Shown here piece after piece: positions 46,294-62,454 of a DNA stretch of 64,000 bases (its first letter is position 1; the number at the start of each line of letters is the position of its first letter). Position numbers and translations under genes: made by a program. This stretch comes from the human T2T-CHM13v2.0 reference genome, Homo sapiens, in NCBI RefSeq assembly GCF_009914755.1, contig NC_060928.1. One strand, 5' to 3'. The notes under the pieces were generated by a model. The model did not search any database. It was not told where the DNA came from and saw only the letters and a program-made list of their open reading frames with translations.

Positions 46294-46864
46294 GATTGAC
46301 ACAGCTTTTTAGTTCGCTTCAGCAGCTATAGATTTACCTTCTGATGTAGTTAAACAACATTTTAGATACGTGCTGAACAGCAGTCTTGGACACCTCATTA
46401 ATATGTAGTAAGGAAGAGAGCAAACCAACACTTGGAAAATTGTTCAATGAGGTGTGTGAAATGACTGGATGGAAACGCTGGTAACCCCTGGAAGTAACGC
46501 TGGAAGTATGAAGCCAGCGAGCAGGAGTATCACGAGCAGAAGACCGACCCCCGATGTCCAGGCCAGGGAGCTGCACCACCCTCAGGACCCATCACCTTCC
46601 TCACCCCTTCAAGTAAGACCGAGGCTCATGGGCAATGACGAACAAGCCAAACCACAGGGCCGGATGGAGATAGGCCGGCCTGCCATGTGCAGGATCTCTA
46701 CGTTGTGAAACACTGTCTTCCTGCCTACTTGTTCTAGTCTACTCTGCTGCTTATCTGAAGTTATTTTCTGTTTGTGTACACAATCGTAGTCCCTCTTTTA
46801 CTCTCTCTCTGTGCTTTTCCTTCAGTGGGAGAATTAATTTTCCATACCAGAATATTTATAAAAT

Positions 46865-47075
46865 CCAATTTTTGCTGAGCCCTTACTACATGGCAATCAC
46901 TACGTTCTGTGCCCCACATGTCTTGTTTCAGTTAATCATCACAACCACCCCACAAGGCAGAGACTATTATTAACCCTATTTGACAGAGGAGGAAACGTAT
47001 GGTGTTAAGTGACTCAGCCACAATCATCCATTTAGTAATAGCACAGCTGGGATTTAAATATTCAGTGTTCATAGT
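46865..47075 (-). mobile_element. MIR
   Basis: TAATCATCACAACCACCC...ATTATTAACCCTATTTGACAGAGGAGGAAAC...GTTAAGTGACT. Confidence 0.8.
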
Positions 47076-47180
47076 GCAGTAAAGCTTATGGCACAAATTC
47101 CATTTTAGGGACAAGAACAAGAGAAGAGATTTCCAGTAGTTTAATTTCTGGAGCACAGGAGCAATTAAGAACTCTTCTCT

Positions 47181-47505
47181 CTTTTTTTTTTTTTTTTTTT
47201 TTTTTAACAAAAATGTTTTTTGAGACAGGGTTACCCTTTGTCTCCCAGGCTGAAGTGCAGTGGTGTGATCTTGGCTCACTGCAGCCTTGACCTCCGGGGC
47301 TCAAGGAGATCCTCCCACCTCAGCTTCCTGAGTAGCTGGGACTACAGGCACGTGCCATCATACCCAGCTAATTTTTTGTTTATTTTTTATAGAGATGAAG
47401 TCTCATTATGTTGCCCAGGCTGGTCTCAAACTCCTGGCCTCAAGCAATCCTCCTGCCTCAACCTCCCAAAGTGCTGGGATTACAGCATAAGCCATCATGC
47501 CTGGC
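47181..47505 (-). mobile_element. AluJ
   Basis: Antisense Alu with bipartite T tail. Confidence 0.93.
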
Positions 47506-47827
47506 CACTTCTACTTGATTCTATCAAAAACAAAAGAAAATATTATTTTTTAAAAGAAAATAAATGTTTTCCATGTTTTTCATTAAGGCTGTGATTCTTG
47601 TTAAATGTTAGCCAGATCAGTATCCATTATAATAGGAACACAGCACTTCAAACACAACAGAAGGCCCTAACTAAAGCAGTTTCTGTGTCAGAATCTGAGC
47701 CATGCTTCTCAAATGATGCATAGAGGAGGAAGTTAAAATGCAGGTTCCTGAGACCCACTACCTGCGTCTGAGTCTGTAAGGCACAGGTAGGGCCCAGGTA
47801 TCTACATTTAAAGAAACACCTAGGAGA

Positions 47828-48126
<299 letters not shown>

Positions 48127-48351
48127 CTAGGAGTTCTGATGCAGACAGACTACAGGCCAAACTTACTAGCTGCAACGAGATTTTCTCCAAGACTTGCAAA
48201 TGAAGAAAATAAGATTGCTCTTGAAGTTAAAGTATGATAGTTGAATCAGTCAATGGATCAAAACCAAGAAATGGAGTAAGAGTGAGATAAGATGTCTCCC
48301 AAACATAGTATGACTTATCTTTAACTCAGTAGAAAATATTACTGTATCTTG

Positions 48352-48743
<392 letters not shown>

Positions 48744-49206
48744 TTAAGAAAGATTGTATTGATCAAAAATGTAAGTACCTTAAAAAAAAAAGCAATCATT
48801 CCCTTTTCTCTGAAGAGGGACTCTTAGGCAATGCACTTCAAGGATTCTAGGTCCCAAGTAGCATCATCTCAAGGGAAAGAAGGACAGCGCGCCTCAGACT
48901 ATCCCAGCCTGAGACCATTTAAATATTTGATTCATCCAACACCCCTTTGGCTGAAACCATGTTCCCCAAGCAAACAAGCTTATGCTTGGGTTTCCTATGC
49001 AGTTGAGTAATTATTTCTATTTGGAAAATAATACACTGGCATTGAGAATGTGCACTGAACATGCAGTACCAAGAAATCTAACACCTAGGAGAGTGGTAAT
49101 TCTCATAACAAATTAATAGATTCTTATTTTGGCTCCAGTGTTTCTTATTTTGGCTTTAGTATTTCTCGAGAAGTTGATTAATAAGTCCATCCGTCAGAAA
49201 TGGATC

Positions 49207-49790
49207 TTTTTTTTGAGACAGAGTCTTGCTCTGTTGCTCAGGCTGGAGTGTAGTGGCACCATCATAGTTTCAAATGCCAGGGTCAAGCGATCTTCTGGCC
49301 TTAGCATCCTGAGTAGCTGGGACCACAGGTATGTGCCACTATATCTGGCTAATGTTTAAAAAAAAAAAATTTTTTTTTTTTTTTGAAACAGACTCACTTT
49401 GTTGCCCAGGCTGCAGTGCAGTGGCACAAACACAGCTCACTACAGCCTCGACTTCCTGAGTTAAATCCTCCTACCTCAGCCTCCTACGTAGCTGACGCCA
49501 GCATGTGCCACTATGTCTGGCTAATTTTTTAATTTTACAGAGACAGGGTCTTGCCATGTTGCCCAGGCTGGTCTTGAAATCCTAGACTTAAGTAATCCTC
49601 CTGCCTCACCCTCCCAAAGTACTGGGGATTACAGGTGTGAGCCACCGTGCCAGCCCTTAAACATTTTTTTAACAGAAACAGAGACTCACTATGTTGCCCA
49701 GGCTGGTGTTGAACTCCTGGCCTCAAGAGATCCTCCTGCCTAAGCCTCCCAACATACTGGGATTACAGATGTGAGCCACCGTGCCCCGCC
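49207..49790 (-). mobile_element. Nested AluJ-in-AluJ
   Basis: Inner Alu (about 49370-49656) sits in the A-rich linker of the outer Alu. Confidence 0.88.
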
Positions 49791-50663
49791 ATGGATCTGC
49801 TTTTAATGCCTGGTTTTAGAGCCTCTTAGCTAGATTGTTGGCCACAGTTATTTCACTGAGGTTACATCTGTTGAGTGTCTCACTTGGCAGAGATTCTGAA
49901 CATCAGTTTGTGAGTGCTCAAGCATGCTTGTCTTTCTACAAGTGGCCCCTTCACTTTACTGTAGAGAACTAGAAATGAGAGAAATGGGATGTGTCATCAC
50001 TGTATTTGAGAGTTCATTGGTGAATGAGATATCTAGCCATTTTTCTAGAACTATGGCTAAGTTGAATTTAATATTTAAGATGAGGAAAAACGAAGACTGG
50101 TTAAACCATTATAAGTATTTCACTGTTTTTGTTTGTTTGTTTTGTTTTTTAAGGCAGTTCTCTAATAACACCCAATCTGTTTAAGCCACCCATGTTTCCA
50201 CCCCATCCTCATCTGATCACCCCTCTGAATCTTGGTTAAAATAAAGGACATACACGAGTCCCAGACAGGGTGCAGAAATTTGGTGTCCAGGTGACAAAGT
50301 CTGAATCTCTCTGACTTCTCCCTAAAAACGACAACTCTATCTTGAGGATGTCAGTCCTTGGCTATTATTCCCACATCATCTCAACTGACATGTCTAAAAT
50401 CAAACACATCATCTTTCTCCAACAATTAGCTCCTCCTCCCATCTCTACTATTTCTGAAAACTAACATTTTCTTAGTCTTCAACTTGAAAATCTGACATAT
50501 TTGATTCTACTCACTCCCTCTCCACCCACATCCAATCAATCACTAAATTCTAGAGATTCATCCTTTCCTCTACTTCCACTCTATTTTTAAAACTACTAAT
50601 CTTGTCCAGTCCTCATAATCTAAACAAATTACTGTAAAACTCTCATAATCACCTGCCTCCTTT

Positions 50664-51163
50664 TGAAACTGACCCAATTGTCCCACAGTGCTGATATTTA
50701 TGGTTTCTTTGAATAAACATAGAAATTGATCCTCCCAGTCTTAAAACTTGAAAAAGTTACTTTTGTCTTAGCTGAGTTCCTTTTTCAGGAACTCAACCAT
50801 CAAGCCTCCCAGATAGCATGAAGGAGCTGAAACTTACATGACCGCTGCATATGGACAATGAGATGCCAGACCCCTCACCCTCACCTATCATGATTGCCTA
50901 TCCAACCACCTGCTTCCTGTTGACCAGCTCCTCTTCCTTACACCTCCCTAATTCCTGTTTTCCCACATGTGGTTACATTTCTTCCCTACTATATAAACCC
51001 CTAAGTTTAGTGTGTCGGGGAGATGCATTTGAGACTGATTTCCCATCTCCTCAGCTGCAGCACCCGATTAAAGCCTTCTTACTTGGCAATACTCATCTCA
51101 TTAAATGGCTTTCTGTGCGTCAAGCAGCAGGTCCTAGACCAAACCTCTGGTGTTTCAGCAACA
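50664..51163 (+). mobile_element. ERV1 solo LTR (LTR26-like)
   Basis: TGAAACTGACCCAATTGTCCCA...TATATAAA (about 50990)...ATTAAA...GTTTCAGCAACA; TG...CA ends. Confidence 0.8.
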
Positions 51164-51417
51164 TTAACACTTTACCCCACAAACATATTCTAGCCACCAA
51201 TATCAGATATACTTTCTTCAAACTCTACCTTACAAAGGGCATTCCTTTTCTCATAAGCATCACTCATGTTTCATTAACAAAAGCAAGGTCAGTTAAGTAC
51301 ATTAGCACATTCTCTGGCCTCTACCTACCTATTTGACTTTCTCTCTCACAGTTATCATTCTTCAAAGACTCTTCTTTCCAACCAAATTGCTAAGAGCACT
51401 GATCCTCATACCTAGAG

Positions 51418-52518
51418 CAGAAGTTCCCAAAGGGAACTTCGAGGAGTCTCAGAGATTGAAGCTATTTTCATAACACTCAGATGTTATTTACAACCCTTTT
51501 CACTGTGTTGACATTTAAGTGATAGGGCACAAAAAATAAATGATAACATTGCTGGCATCTCAGCATGAAGCAAGACAGTAGCATAAGCTATATTAGTGGT
51601 TATTGTGTTCCCCAATGTAATAACGTCCTTGAAGCGGTAAAAATTATTAATTTTATTAAATCTCAACCCCAAAGTATTATGTTTTTAATGAAGGTACACA
51701 TAAAGTGCTTCCATGGCATACTGAAGTAGGGCTGTCATTTCAAGGAAAAGTACACGTGATTGAGTTGCAAGTTGAACTAGCTGCTTCTCCACACAATACC
51801 TCATTTACGTGAAAGAACAACTGACAGACAAACTATGGTTATTCAAATTTGGGTATTGGGTAGACATTTTCACAAAAATAAATGAGGTGGACCTGTCACT
51901 TCAAGGAAAACAACTGACACTATTTGTTGGCAATGATCAAATGCAAGCTTTTAAGCAAAAATCAGAATTTTGGAAAACTTGTATCTATCACAGTGAGCTT
52001 GACAGCTTCCCAATAATGGAAGACTTTTCTAATGAGATGGTTAAGATTCACAGATGTAATATTTTCATATTGCATAATGAAATGTTTCAACATTTGGAAG
52101 ATCTTCATAACTCACTGAACCAATATGTTCCAAATAACCAACGCATGATGTTATAAAATTATGTATGGATAAATATCCACTCAAAATGTATGACAGACCA
52201 ATAGATTTTAATATAAGAGTGCAAACAAGCTTATTATTATCATTTCAGATTCCACATTAAAACTAATCTTTAAGAAATTAGAAATTATGGAATTTTGGTG
52301 TAACATCAAAAAAGAATATCCACAATTGCCTGAACAACTATTAAAATAGTCGTCCCTTTTTAACCTATGTATCTGTATTAGGCCAGCAGGGTTTTCTTTA
52401 CCTACTTCAACCAAAACCAAATTTACTGAGATACACTAAGGATAAAGGCAGATAAGCAAATTCAGCTGCCTTTGATGAAGCCGTACATTAAAGAGATTTT
52501 CAAATACATAAAACAACA
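51418..52518 (+). mobile_element. Charlie1-family hAT DNA transposon with transposase remnant
   Basis: ORF 51809-52156 (..GYWVDIFTKINEVDLSLQGK..AFKQKSEFWK..) resembles the Buster/Charlie hAT transposase motif LxYLxDIFxxxNxLNxSLQG. Confidence 0.85.
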
Positions 52519-52900
52519 TCACTTTACAGCTTTTCTTTGGCATATCTAAATTGCCAGCGTCACTCCTCTTGTGCTTTGGGCCATTATTAAGTAAAATAAG
52601 GGTGACTTGAGCACAAGCACTGCAATGCTACAACAGCTGATCTGGAAACAGAGACAGACGGCTACTAAGCAACTCACAGGTCGGTTTCATAGGCAGGATG
52701 GGTGTGCAGGACAAAGCAATGACTCACATCCTGGGCGGGATGAAGCAGGATGGCACAAGATTTTATTGCGCTACCGAGAACGGTGTGCAGCTTAAAACTT
52801 ATAGTTTATTTCTAGAATTTTCCATGGAATTTTTTCCAACCTCGGTGTATTGCAGGTAACTGAAGCCACAGAAAGTGAAACTGTGAACAAGGACTACTAT
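52519..52900 (-). mobile_element. MER44/Tigger7 fragment (TcMar)
   Basis: CCATTATTAAGTAAAATAAGGG...GGTAACTGAAGCCACAGAAAGTGAAACTGTG..GACTACT. Confidence 0.85.
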
Positions 52901-52996
52901 ATTTTGAGGTAATTATATTTATTCCACAATATTTATTGAACACCGGAATGTCTCAGGAGCCAGGTATCCTGAGATACAGTATCCTACTACTCTGCA

Positions 52997-53290
52997 TCAC
53001 ACCTGTATCCCAGTACTCTGGGACGCTGAGACAGGAGGATTGCTTGAGCTCAGGAGTTCGAAACCAGCCTGGGCAATATAGGGAGACCCTGTCTCTACAA
53101 ATTAAAAATTAAAAAACAGCCAGGTCTGGTGGTATGTACCTGTGGTCCCAGCTACTCAGGAAATGAAGTGGGAGGACCATTTGAGCCCAGTAGGTTGAGG
53201 CTGCAGTGAGCTGTGACTGCACCACTGGACTCTAGCCTGGGCAAAGAGTGACAGACAACCTGTCTCAAAAGTAAATCAGTAAAAATAAGA
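52997..53290 (+). mobile_element. AluJ
   Basis: GGAGGATTGCTTGAGCTCAGGAGTTCG. Confidence 0.9.
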
Positions 53291-53384
53291 AGAATGTCCT
53301 GGGCACTGTTTATTCTAGGCACTAAGGATATGGCAGGGAACAAAGATTGGATTCCTTCTTTCTGCAGCTTACAGTTCAGTTTCA

Positions 53385-53572
53385 CCACTCAAGTGTCTAA
53401 GCAACAGGGGTATCAATATCACCTGAGAGTTTATTTAAAATGCAAATTTCTACAACTGAAAATTAGAATTTTTAAAATGCAGAATCTCAGGTCCCAACCC
53501 AGACCTACTGAATCAGTGTCTGCATTTCAGTAAGATCCCAAGGGCATACTCCTGCATAGTTTGAGAAGCAAA
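53385..53572. mobile_element. MER5A-type MITE
   Basis: AAAATGCAGAATCTCAGGTCCCAACCCAGACCTACTGAATCAG...TTTGAGAAGCA. Confidence 0.75.
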
Positions 53573-53731
53573 GGATTTATGCATCTCCCTAACTATTGTG
53601 AACTTCTTGGAGGTACGCTATTACCTTGAATTTGTTCTACCACTAGTATAAATAATTGTTTAATTGTCGTGCTAATCATTCAAACATAAATACCTATTGT
53701 AAGAACTTATTTCTGGGGCTTAACAAAAAAA

Positions 53732-53885
53732 AGGCAGGGAACAGTGGTTCACATCTATAATCCTAGCACTTTGAGAGGCCGTTGAGCCCAGGAGTTTGAG
53801 AACAGCCTGGACAACATGGTAAAACCCCGTATTTACAAAAAAAAAACAAACGTGTGTGTGTGTGTATGTATATGTATATATATGT

Positions 53886-53924
<39 letters not shown>

Positions 53925-54101
53925 AATTAGCCAGGTGTGGTGGTGTGCACCCGTAGTCACAGTTACTCAGAAGGCTGAGGTAGGGGGATCACCTGAGTCC
54001 AGGGAGGCTGAGGCTGCAGTGAACCGTGATTACGCCACTGCACACCAGCCTGGGCAACAGAGTGAGACCCTGTCTCTAAATAAATAAATAAATAAATAAA
54101 T
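53732..54101 (+). mobile_element. AluJ with (TG/TA)n microsatellite in its linker (53852-53924)
   Basis: Both Alu arms present; (TAAA)n tail. Confidence 0.9.
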
Positions 54102-54961
54102 ATTTAAAAAGGGCAAAGTCAAACTGGCCTAGATCCTGGGAAACTTTCCTTCTCCTAGGAGAAATAAGGCAGTAATTCCAGTGACAGCTAACATTTCAAA
54201 AAATGCTTTCTGTGGTCCAGCTGTTGTACCAAGGGCTATATGTGACAATCTTATAAAGCAGATTACTACTATTACTATTCTCATTTTAGAGATTAAGGAA
54301 CCTGGAGCTCAGAGGTTAAGCAAGTGATGGAGCTAGAACAAGCAGGATGTCTGACCCTAAACCACAGAAAGTGGTAAATGTCATCAGAGTTGAATCTTGA
54401 AGAAGGAACCCATGAGTTCCCTGATGGAAATATTGTCCCTCAATTTTGAAATCGTCCAGAGCACTAAACTCAGTTCCTAGCATATAAGAGACATTCATGG
54501 ACTGCAAGGAACTCTGTGAGTGGTTTAAGGTTAACATATCACATTCCAGATTATTACCAATCCAATAATCTTCCATTAAAGATATAATGAGCCTGAGATG
54601 AAACGGCTTCTCTCTGATGTGTTCTGCATAGAGTCCATTCTCTAACTTGGGGCCCTTGTTCCAAGCACACAAAGTTAAAAAAAAAAGGAGACAGAGAGAG
54701 AGATAGGACATCAACTAAAAGACGAAAGCCACTTTGAAATCCTGGAAGAGGCTGAGGCTTGTTCTGGAGAAAGGGAAGAGCACAGGCTGTGGAATAGCTT
54801 CTTTGTCCACAGAGAGCAAGGGATGAATGGAAACACTGGTCAGAGGTCCCCCACTGTAAAGCAAAGCAGGAACTGCAGAGCTAGTCCATTACTGAGAAGT
54901 ATCCCTAGAGGCCTCCATCAGTTCTTGAACTTCCTTTGGTACACTTCCCATCAGCCCCTTC

Positions 54962-55019
54962 CCAATGGCATGGAGTTGGAGTCATCTCCATTCTCACTTT
55001 CTGACAATTCCACATGGAA
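54962..55019 (+). repeat. Diverged dispersed direct repeat, copy 1 (pair at 55774-55825)
   Basis: CCAATGGC...GTCATCTC...TCTCACTTTCTGAC(A/C)ATTCCACATGGAA. Confidence 0.8.
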
Positions 55020-55388
55020 CTGGGACATTTTCCCCTACAACATTTTGGGGAAAGGTTCTATTAATAACACTCTTCATGTCTGTTAGAGATTAAATAGACT
55101 TTCATGGGCAAACCACCTTGTATACCTTAACCATCACATACACCATCATGTATATGAGAAAACATGTTCTGGTAATAAACAACACAACAAAACCAGCTTC
55201 TCCAACAAGCCATTTATAGGATAAAGATCTACCTTTATGATATCCCAGATATACCAATTCAGTGTAGTTCTATATGAAGAATTCTTCAAGTAACACGCAG
55301 GGAGAAAAATATCAACTAACAACATCTAATTATACTAAGGATGAATTTTTGTGAGGATGAAATCCAATTATATTCAAGAGTAAGTCTA

Positions 55389-55791
<403 letters not shown>

Positions 55792-57493
55792 TCATTCTCT
55801 CACTTTCTGACCATTCCACATGGAATGCTAACCATATATGGTTTTCTAATAGTCAAATTATTTGATTTTTCCAGTCAAATCTGTTTGAATATGAAGCTTT
55901 TATCTCACTGTTTTGCACCCAAGGGTTCTAATGAGGAAACACAATAAATAAATTACAAGGGTAACTGGTAACTACCCCCACATTTATGAAAGCAAACTGG
56001 GCATATTAACTGAGTCAGACTTGAGCACAAAATTTATGAACCACCCACATCCTAGGTTTTGAAAAGCTAATGTTTTCCCTCTTCTTAACCAGATTAACAG
56101 ATGGAAGACTCTGAGAAGTCATCTAGAGATGTCTTTAGAAATTTCAAGCACGTTTTGCTTAATAGTTCATGTCACACTTTGATTCTACCAGAAGGCAAGG
56201 GACTGAGACTAGGATGACTATGATTAAAAGAAGACTGTAGATCCAAGGATGCTGCTACTATGGCATCACACTTGTATGCAGCTGTAACAGGCAAGATCAA
56301 CATTAGCCTGGTTCTTCTACCGTAACAGTTCCATGTGTATACAATGGCTAAGTCCATTGATAGTGGGAGCAGGGGGCTGCAAGCTCAATGCCTTGAGCTG
56401 GAGGGGACAGGACCCATCTAAAGGGGCTGCTGCTGACTGTTGTCTCTTTGGCATTTGAGCTCAGCATTGTGAGATTTCTGAATTTACAAGAGGAATGAGA
56501 GGTCCTCTATTTTTATGTAAAATATCTCAATTTCTAAGCACTGGCATCTAATTAAGCATTTTCTGTAACACTGTCCATGGAACAAAATCTGCCTGTGAGT
56601 TTGTGCGTTCTTCAGTATTGCTGTTTGTGATCTCTGATGCTTTATGGCATCATATTGCCTTTGTAGTGCCCTAAAGTCAGAGTCATATCCTTTTATTTTA
56701 TATTCTGCATAGCTCCTTAATAAAATCCTATATGTTTCCTAAGAAATAAATGTCTCTTGAACTAACATAAGAAAAACATGGCTATTACTGATAGTCTTGT
56801 CTGTCTGTTTCTAAGCTTTGATCAAAGGAATAAAGCCATTTCCATATGCCAGCACCCCTCAACTATGCCACCCTCCAGAACTGAGCCATACTACTAAATA
56901 TTAAGCTTTGCCATGTCTTTATCATGTTTTTATCTTTTATTTTTATCATGTTTTTCTACCATTTCCACACTTATTCCCAATCTCAGTTGAGGTTGTAGTT
57001 TCGGATTCATCAGTCCACACCAAAATTTCCTCATCTTTACAATGAAGACTTTGAACAAAGGTAACCCCAAACTATCTAGAAGTCCCTTACAGTATATTCC
57101 ACTCAAAGTCTCACAAGACCTGCAACTATGAGCTTTCCTTCCTGAAAATTTTGAATATAATTCTCGCAAACATTCTTTCACATCTCCTCCATGTTGCATC
57201 TATTAAGGAATTATCTGTAAGATGTCTGTACTGGGTTGAACCATATACCCACGAAAATTCATGTCCACCCAGAACCTCAGCATGTATCATCTTATTGGGA
57301 AACAGTCTTTGTAGATATAATTAATTAAATTGAGGTGAAGTCATACTAGGTTAGGGTAGGTCCCAAATCAAATGACTTGTGTCCCTATAAGAAGGCCATG
57401 TGAAAACAGAGGTACAGCTACAAGCCAAGGAATGTCACACATTTCTGGGAACCACCAGAAGCTTGGAAGAGGCAAGGAAGGATTCTACCCTAA

Positions 57494-57887
<394 letters not shown>

Positions 57888-58035
57888 TAATTTTTTTTTT
57901 TTAATTTTTATTTTCAGTAGACACAGGGTTTCACCATGTTGGCCAGACTGGTCTCGAACTCCTGACCTCAAATGGTCTACCCACCTCGGCCTCCCAAACT
58001 GCTGGGATTACAGGTGTGAGCCACTGCGCCCGGCC
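57888..58035 (-). mobile_element. Alu left-arm-only insertion
   Basis: TSD ACAAATTTCTATTGTTT on both sides. Confidence 0.9.
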
Positions 58036-58376
58036 ACAAATTTCTATTGTTTTAAGCCACCAAGTGTGTGATAATTTGTTACACCAGCCGTAAGAAACCA
58101 ACAAAACATCTTAACATCTCCTCCTCTTCTTTGCTTAGGCTATCCAAGGTTTGGAGTGGGCTTTATCTTTTCTTACTTACTGAGGTATGATGGGCAAAAT
58201 GGAGCAAAGAACACAAAGACACATTTTGTCAGGCACTCTGCGTATGGTGAGGGCTTCACAGAGACAGGAAACTTTATGTGAGCTATGTGACATCACAGAC
58301 TGGTTTTAATCTATTTCTATGTCTCAGGCACCTAGCTCAGCACACAGAGTTGACTTTTAAAAATGACTGGCATGTG

Positions 58377-58808
<432 letters not shown>

Positions 58809-58915
58809 TCATGGTAAAGTTACAGATGCATTTCAATTCCCCATGGATGTAGAGCTGTTCGAGTTTGCTATCTGAATATTTCTGTAGCCTCTTTTATTAT
58901 TTATTAACTTAAGGG

Positions 58916-59206
58916 TTTTGTTTGTTTTGACATGGAGTCTCACTCTATTGCCCAGGCTGGAATGCAGTGGGCCAATCTCAGCTCACTGCAACCTCAGCCT
59001 CCCGGTTCAAGTGATTCTCCTGCCTCAGCCTCCCGAGTAGCTGGGACTACAGGCACGTGCCACCACGCCCAACTAATTTTGTATTTTTAGTAGAGACAGG
59101 GTTTCACCATGTTGGCCAGGATCGTCTCAATCTCTTGATCTCGTGATCTGCCTGCCTTGGTCTCCCAAAGTGCTGGCATTACAGGCATGAGCCACAGCGC
59201 CTGGCC
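58916..59206 (-). mobile_element. AluSc-like
   Basis: TSD AACTTAAGGGTTTT. Confidence 0.95.
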
Positions 59207-60262
59207 AACTTAAGGGTTTTTTTTTTGTTTGCTTGTTTTTGTTTTTGGTGAAGAAAACTAATCTGGGCAAATAGCTCATGATGAAATTTGACCAGAAAAT
59301 TTCTGAAAGTGTCCAGTAGTGTTTTTGTCTCTCTGATCCCACTGAGCCACTCCTTCACAATCTTGGGGGCTGCATGCCCACCTCCAAGGTATGAGAGCAT
59401 CACCTGGCACTTCTGAGAAGCCTCACACAGGACTCCTAGAGGCCTACCTCCAGTTGCTTCCTAAGCTGCCACTGTCCACAGGACCCTCTCCCCAGAAGCT
59501 AAACAACTTGCCAAACTAAGAACTAAAATCTGTATTTTCAAAATATCCGTGAAGTAAAGAGAGAGAAAACAATCATAAACTTCTTTAGTGGTTAATTTTT
59601 GAAAAAGAAAGATTCTTTACTTTTCAACAGCTCTGAGGGACAATGCTCTCCCCAGATCTCCATCACTGAAAATCTATTCAATCTCCAGCACAGATAACTT
59701 CAAGTGCCCTAACATCCACATCCCAACTGACTGACGTTTCTTCCTTTTCTTAGCACTCAAGCCTCTCACAGGCCTCCCTTGATTCCACCTTGAATACATC
59801 TGCTGTCTTGTGCTCATTAACCATTGTTAGACTCTGGCTGCCACTCATCTCATTGTAATCACCTTTCCGTCCCCTGAAGTACCTCGTATGATACCTTATG
59901 ATGGAAGGCAACCCAAAACTACTTTATTCACTGGAACATATATTTTTGCATAGAACTTTCCAAAAACACAAACTGAACAAACTCTTTTCTTTCTTAAGTT
60001 CAGGGGGGTAAAATAAAAAATACTTTTATGCATTTTACCCTTGAAGTGCTAAAATCTTACTCGGAAAACACACTATCTACCCCAGAACACAGCATGCCTA
60101 AACTATTTTGGAAACATCTCACATCTGCCTTCTTGAATTCTTCCTGTCGCATTATGGAACTCTCAACTGAGAAGACATAACAGGAAGGCTAGTGAGTCAC
60201 CCAAGGTCCTTAAAAGATTAAAATTAATGCAGCAGGGCAAACCAGCTGAAGACTGGGCCTAG

Positions 60263-60584
<322 letters not shown>

Positions 60585-60885
60585 ATGGGCCTAGTATTTG
60601 TAAGAAAAAAGGGGGAAAAATATTTACAGTTAAAATTAACCAAAAGCCATCTGAGCTAAAATGAACAGTTAGAAGAGGTTTCTAAAAGTGTGAAAAATAC
60701 AGACTTATCCAAAGCTCTATCACTTAAGCTAGCTAAAGCCAGAAATAAGAGGTGCTGCCAGTTGTGTTGACATAATTAGGTTTGTGACTCTCGCTCTCAT
60801 CAACTATGCAAGAGTTCCACTTTGCCTCAAGACTGGAAACCAATCAATTTAAGACATCAAAGGATTCAAACTCTAAAGCAACACT

Positions 60886-61258
60886 GCTATAGTCTAAATG
60901 TGTCCCCCATATTTCATGTGTTGTTGGAAACTTAATCCCCAAATTTATGTGTTGATTGGAAGTGGGGCCTTTGGGAGGTAACTGCGATTAGATAAGGTCA
61001 TCTGGGCAGGGCTCCCACAGTAAGACTGGTGTCTTTATGAGAAGAGGAAGAGAGACCTAAGCTGACATGCATTCTCTTTCCCTCTGGCCATGTGATATCC
61101 TCGCCATGTTATTCTGCAGCAAACGGCACTCACTAGATGCTGGTGTTATGCTCTTGGACTTCCCAGCCTCCAGAACTGTGACCTAAATATATTTCTGTTC
61201 ATTATAAATTATCCAGTCTCAGGTATTTCGTTATAGCAACAGAAAACAATCTACGACA
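60886..61258 (+). mobile_element. MST/MLT1A-type MaLR LTR
   Basis: TGCTATAGTCTAAATGTGTCCCCC...TTGGACTTCCCAGCCTCCAGAACTGTGA...GTTATAGCAACAGAAAA. Confidence 0.85.
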
Positions 61259-62454
61259 ACCATGGATCAATCTCAATCCAAGGCAAAGCGTGAGGTCAAC
61301 TGAAACCAAAATGGCCCTTTTCCTTGGCACTGGCCCTCCCAACATATAGACCTATAGACTCGAATAGAATAAAAGAATGTTTGTGGAAGACTGAATTAGT
61401 GGCCCCAATTCTTCATTCTTTCCAGGAGCCTAGAACATAAATAAGAATCACCCTATCTGAGTGTTCTAAACAACTATTTTATACAAATTGTTATTACTTT
61501 TTCTATTTCTACAAGCATATTGATGTAGCAAACATCAGAGAGCATGCATTAATGATCGTGAATCTATCCATCCAACCAGCAAATGAGTAACTTTATGGAG
61601 CCTTTTACTATGTGCCACATACCGTGTGAAGAAGTTCATATACACACATAATGAAGACGTGGCTGCTGCTTTCATGGAGCTCTAAGTCTAAATGGAAACT
61701 TTTGAGTAATGCCGAAAGCCACTAAGATAAACATGATAGCAGAAACTTAGAAACATTTCTTTGGGAATACAGAGAAAGGACTTTATAAGGACTTTATACA
61801 GCTCGGAGGGTCTAGAAAGGTTTCATAGTGGAAGTGGCATTTGATCTAAACCTCAGTTGCTTAGAGGAATGGAAAGATCCCCTAAAATATAATTTTCCAC
61901 TTTCCGGATTCTCAAGATACTACTATATGCCTCCAGTTGAACCAGATGAAATCTGATATATTTAGCCTCTGTGGTAAAACACTGGAGCTGTGTCGGAAAA
62001 CCTAGGTTCAAGTCTCAGCATGGCCACCTGAGAGTGAGAAAGTACCACCAACAGGGTTTGGCACATTGTAAACCCACAGAATCTCAGTGTGCCTTCCCCA
62101 GTAACTCGGGTTATTCAGCTTCACCTACTGTGAGGCAACAGGATCAATGAAGTTATAAAATATGTAGCCAATGCCAAAACCAGGCATTGATTAAGATATA
62201 ACATCGAGTGTCTTATTCAACACATAAAGTTCATTTTGGGATATGCAGATGGCTCCCATTTTCATTCAGTGTGTCATTATTTATTTATTAAGCTCACTTG
62301 CCATATTCCAGGCACTGAAAATACAAAGATGAAGATGAACCAACCCTTGCTCTTAAGGTCCAGAAAGTCGTAACTCAGAGTCCAAAATATAGGTAATTCA
62401 TAATTAAGAGAAAAGCAAACTTTTATAACACACCACTGTACTGATACTGTCTCT

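Noticed and set aside
50851-51336. 161-aa ORF
   Set aside because: Mostly LTR sequence; no homology recognised
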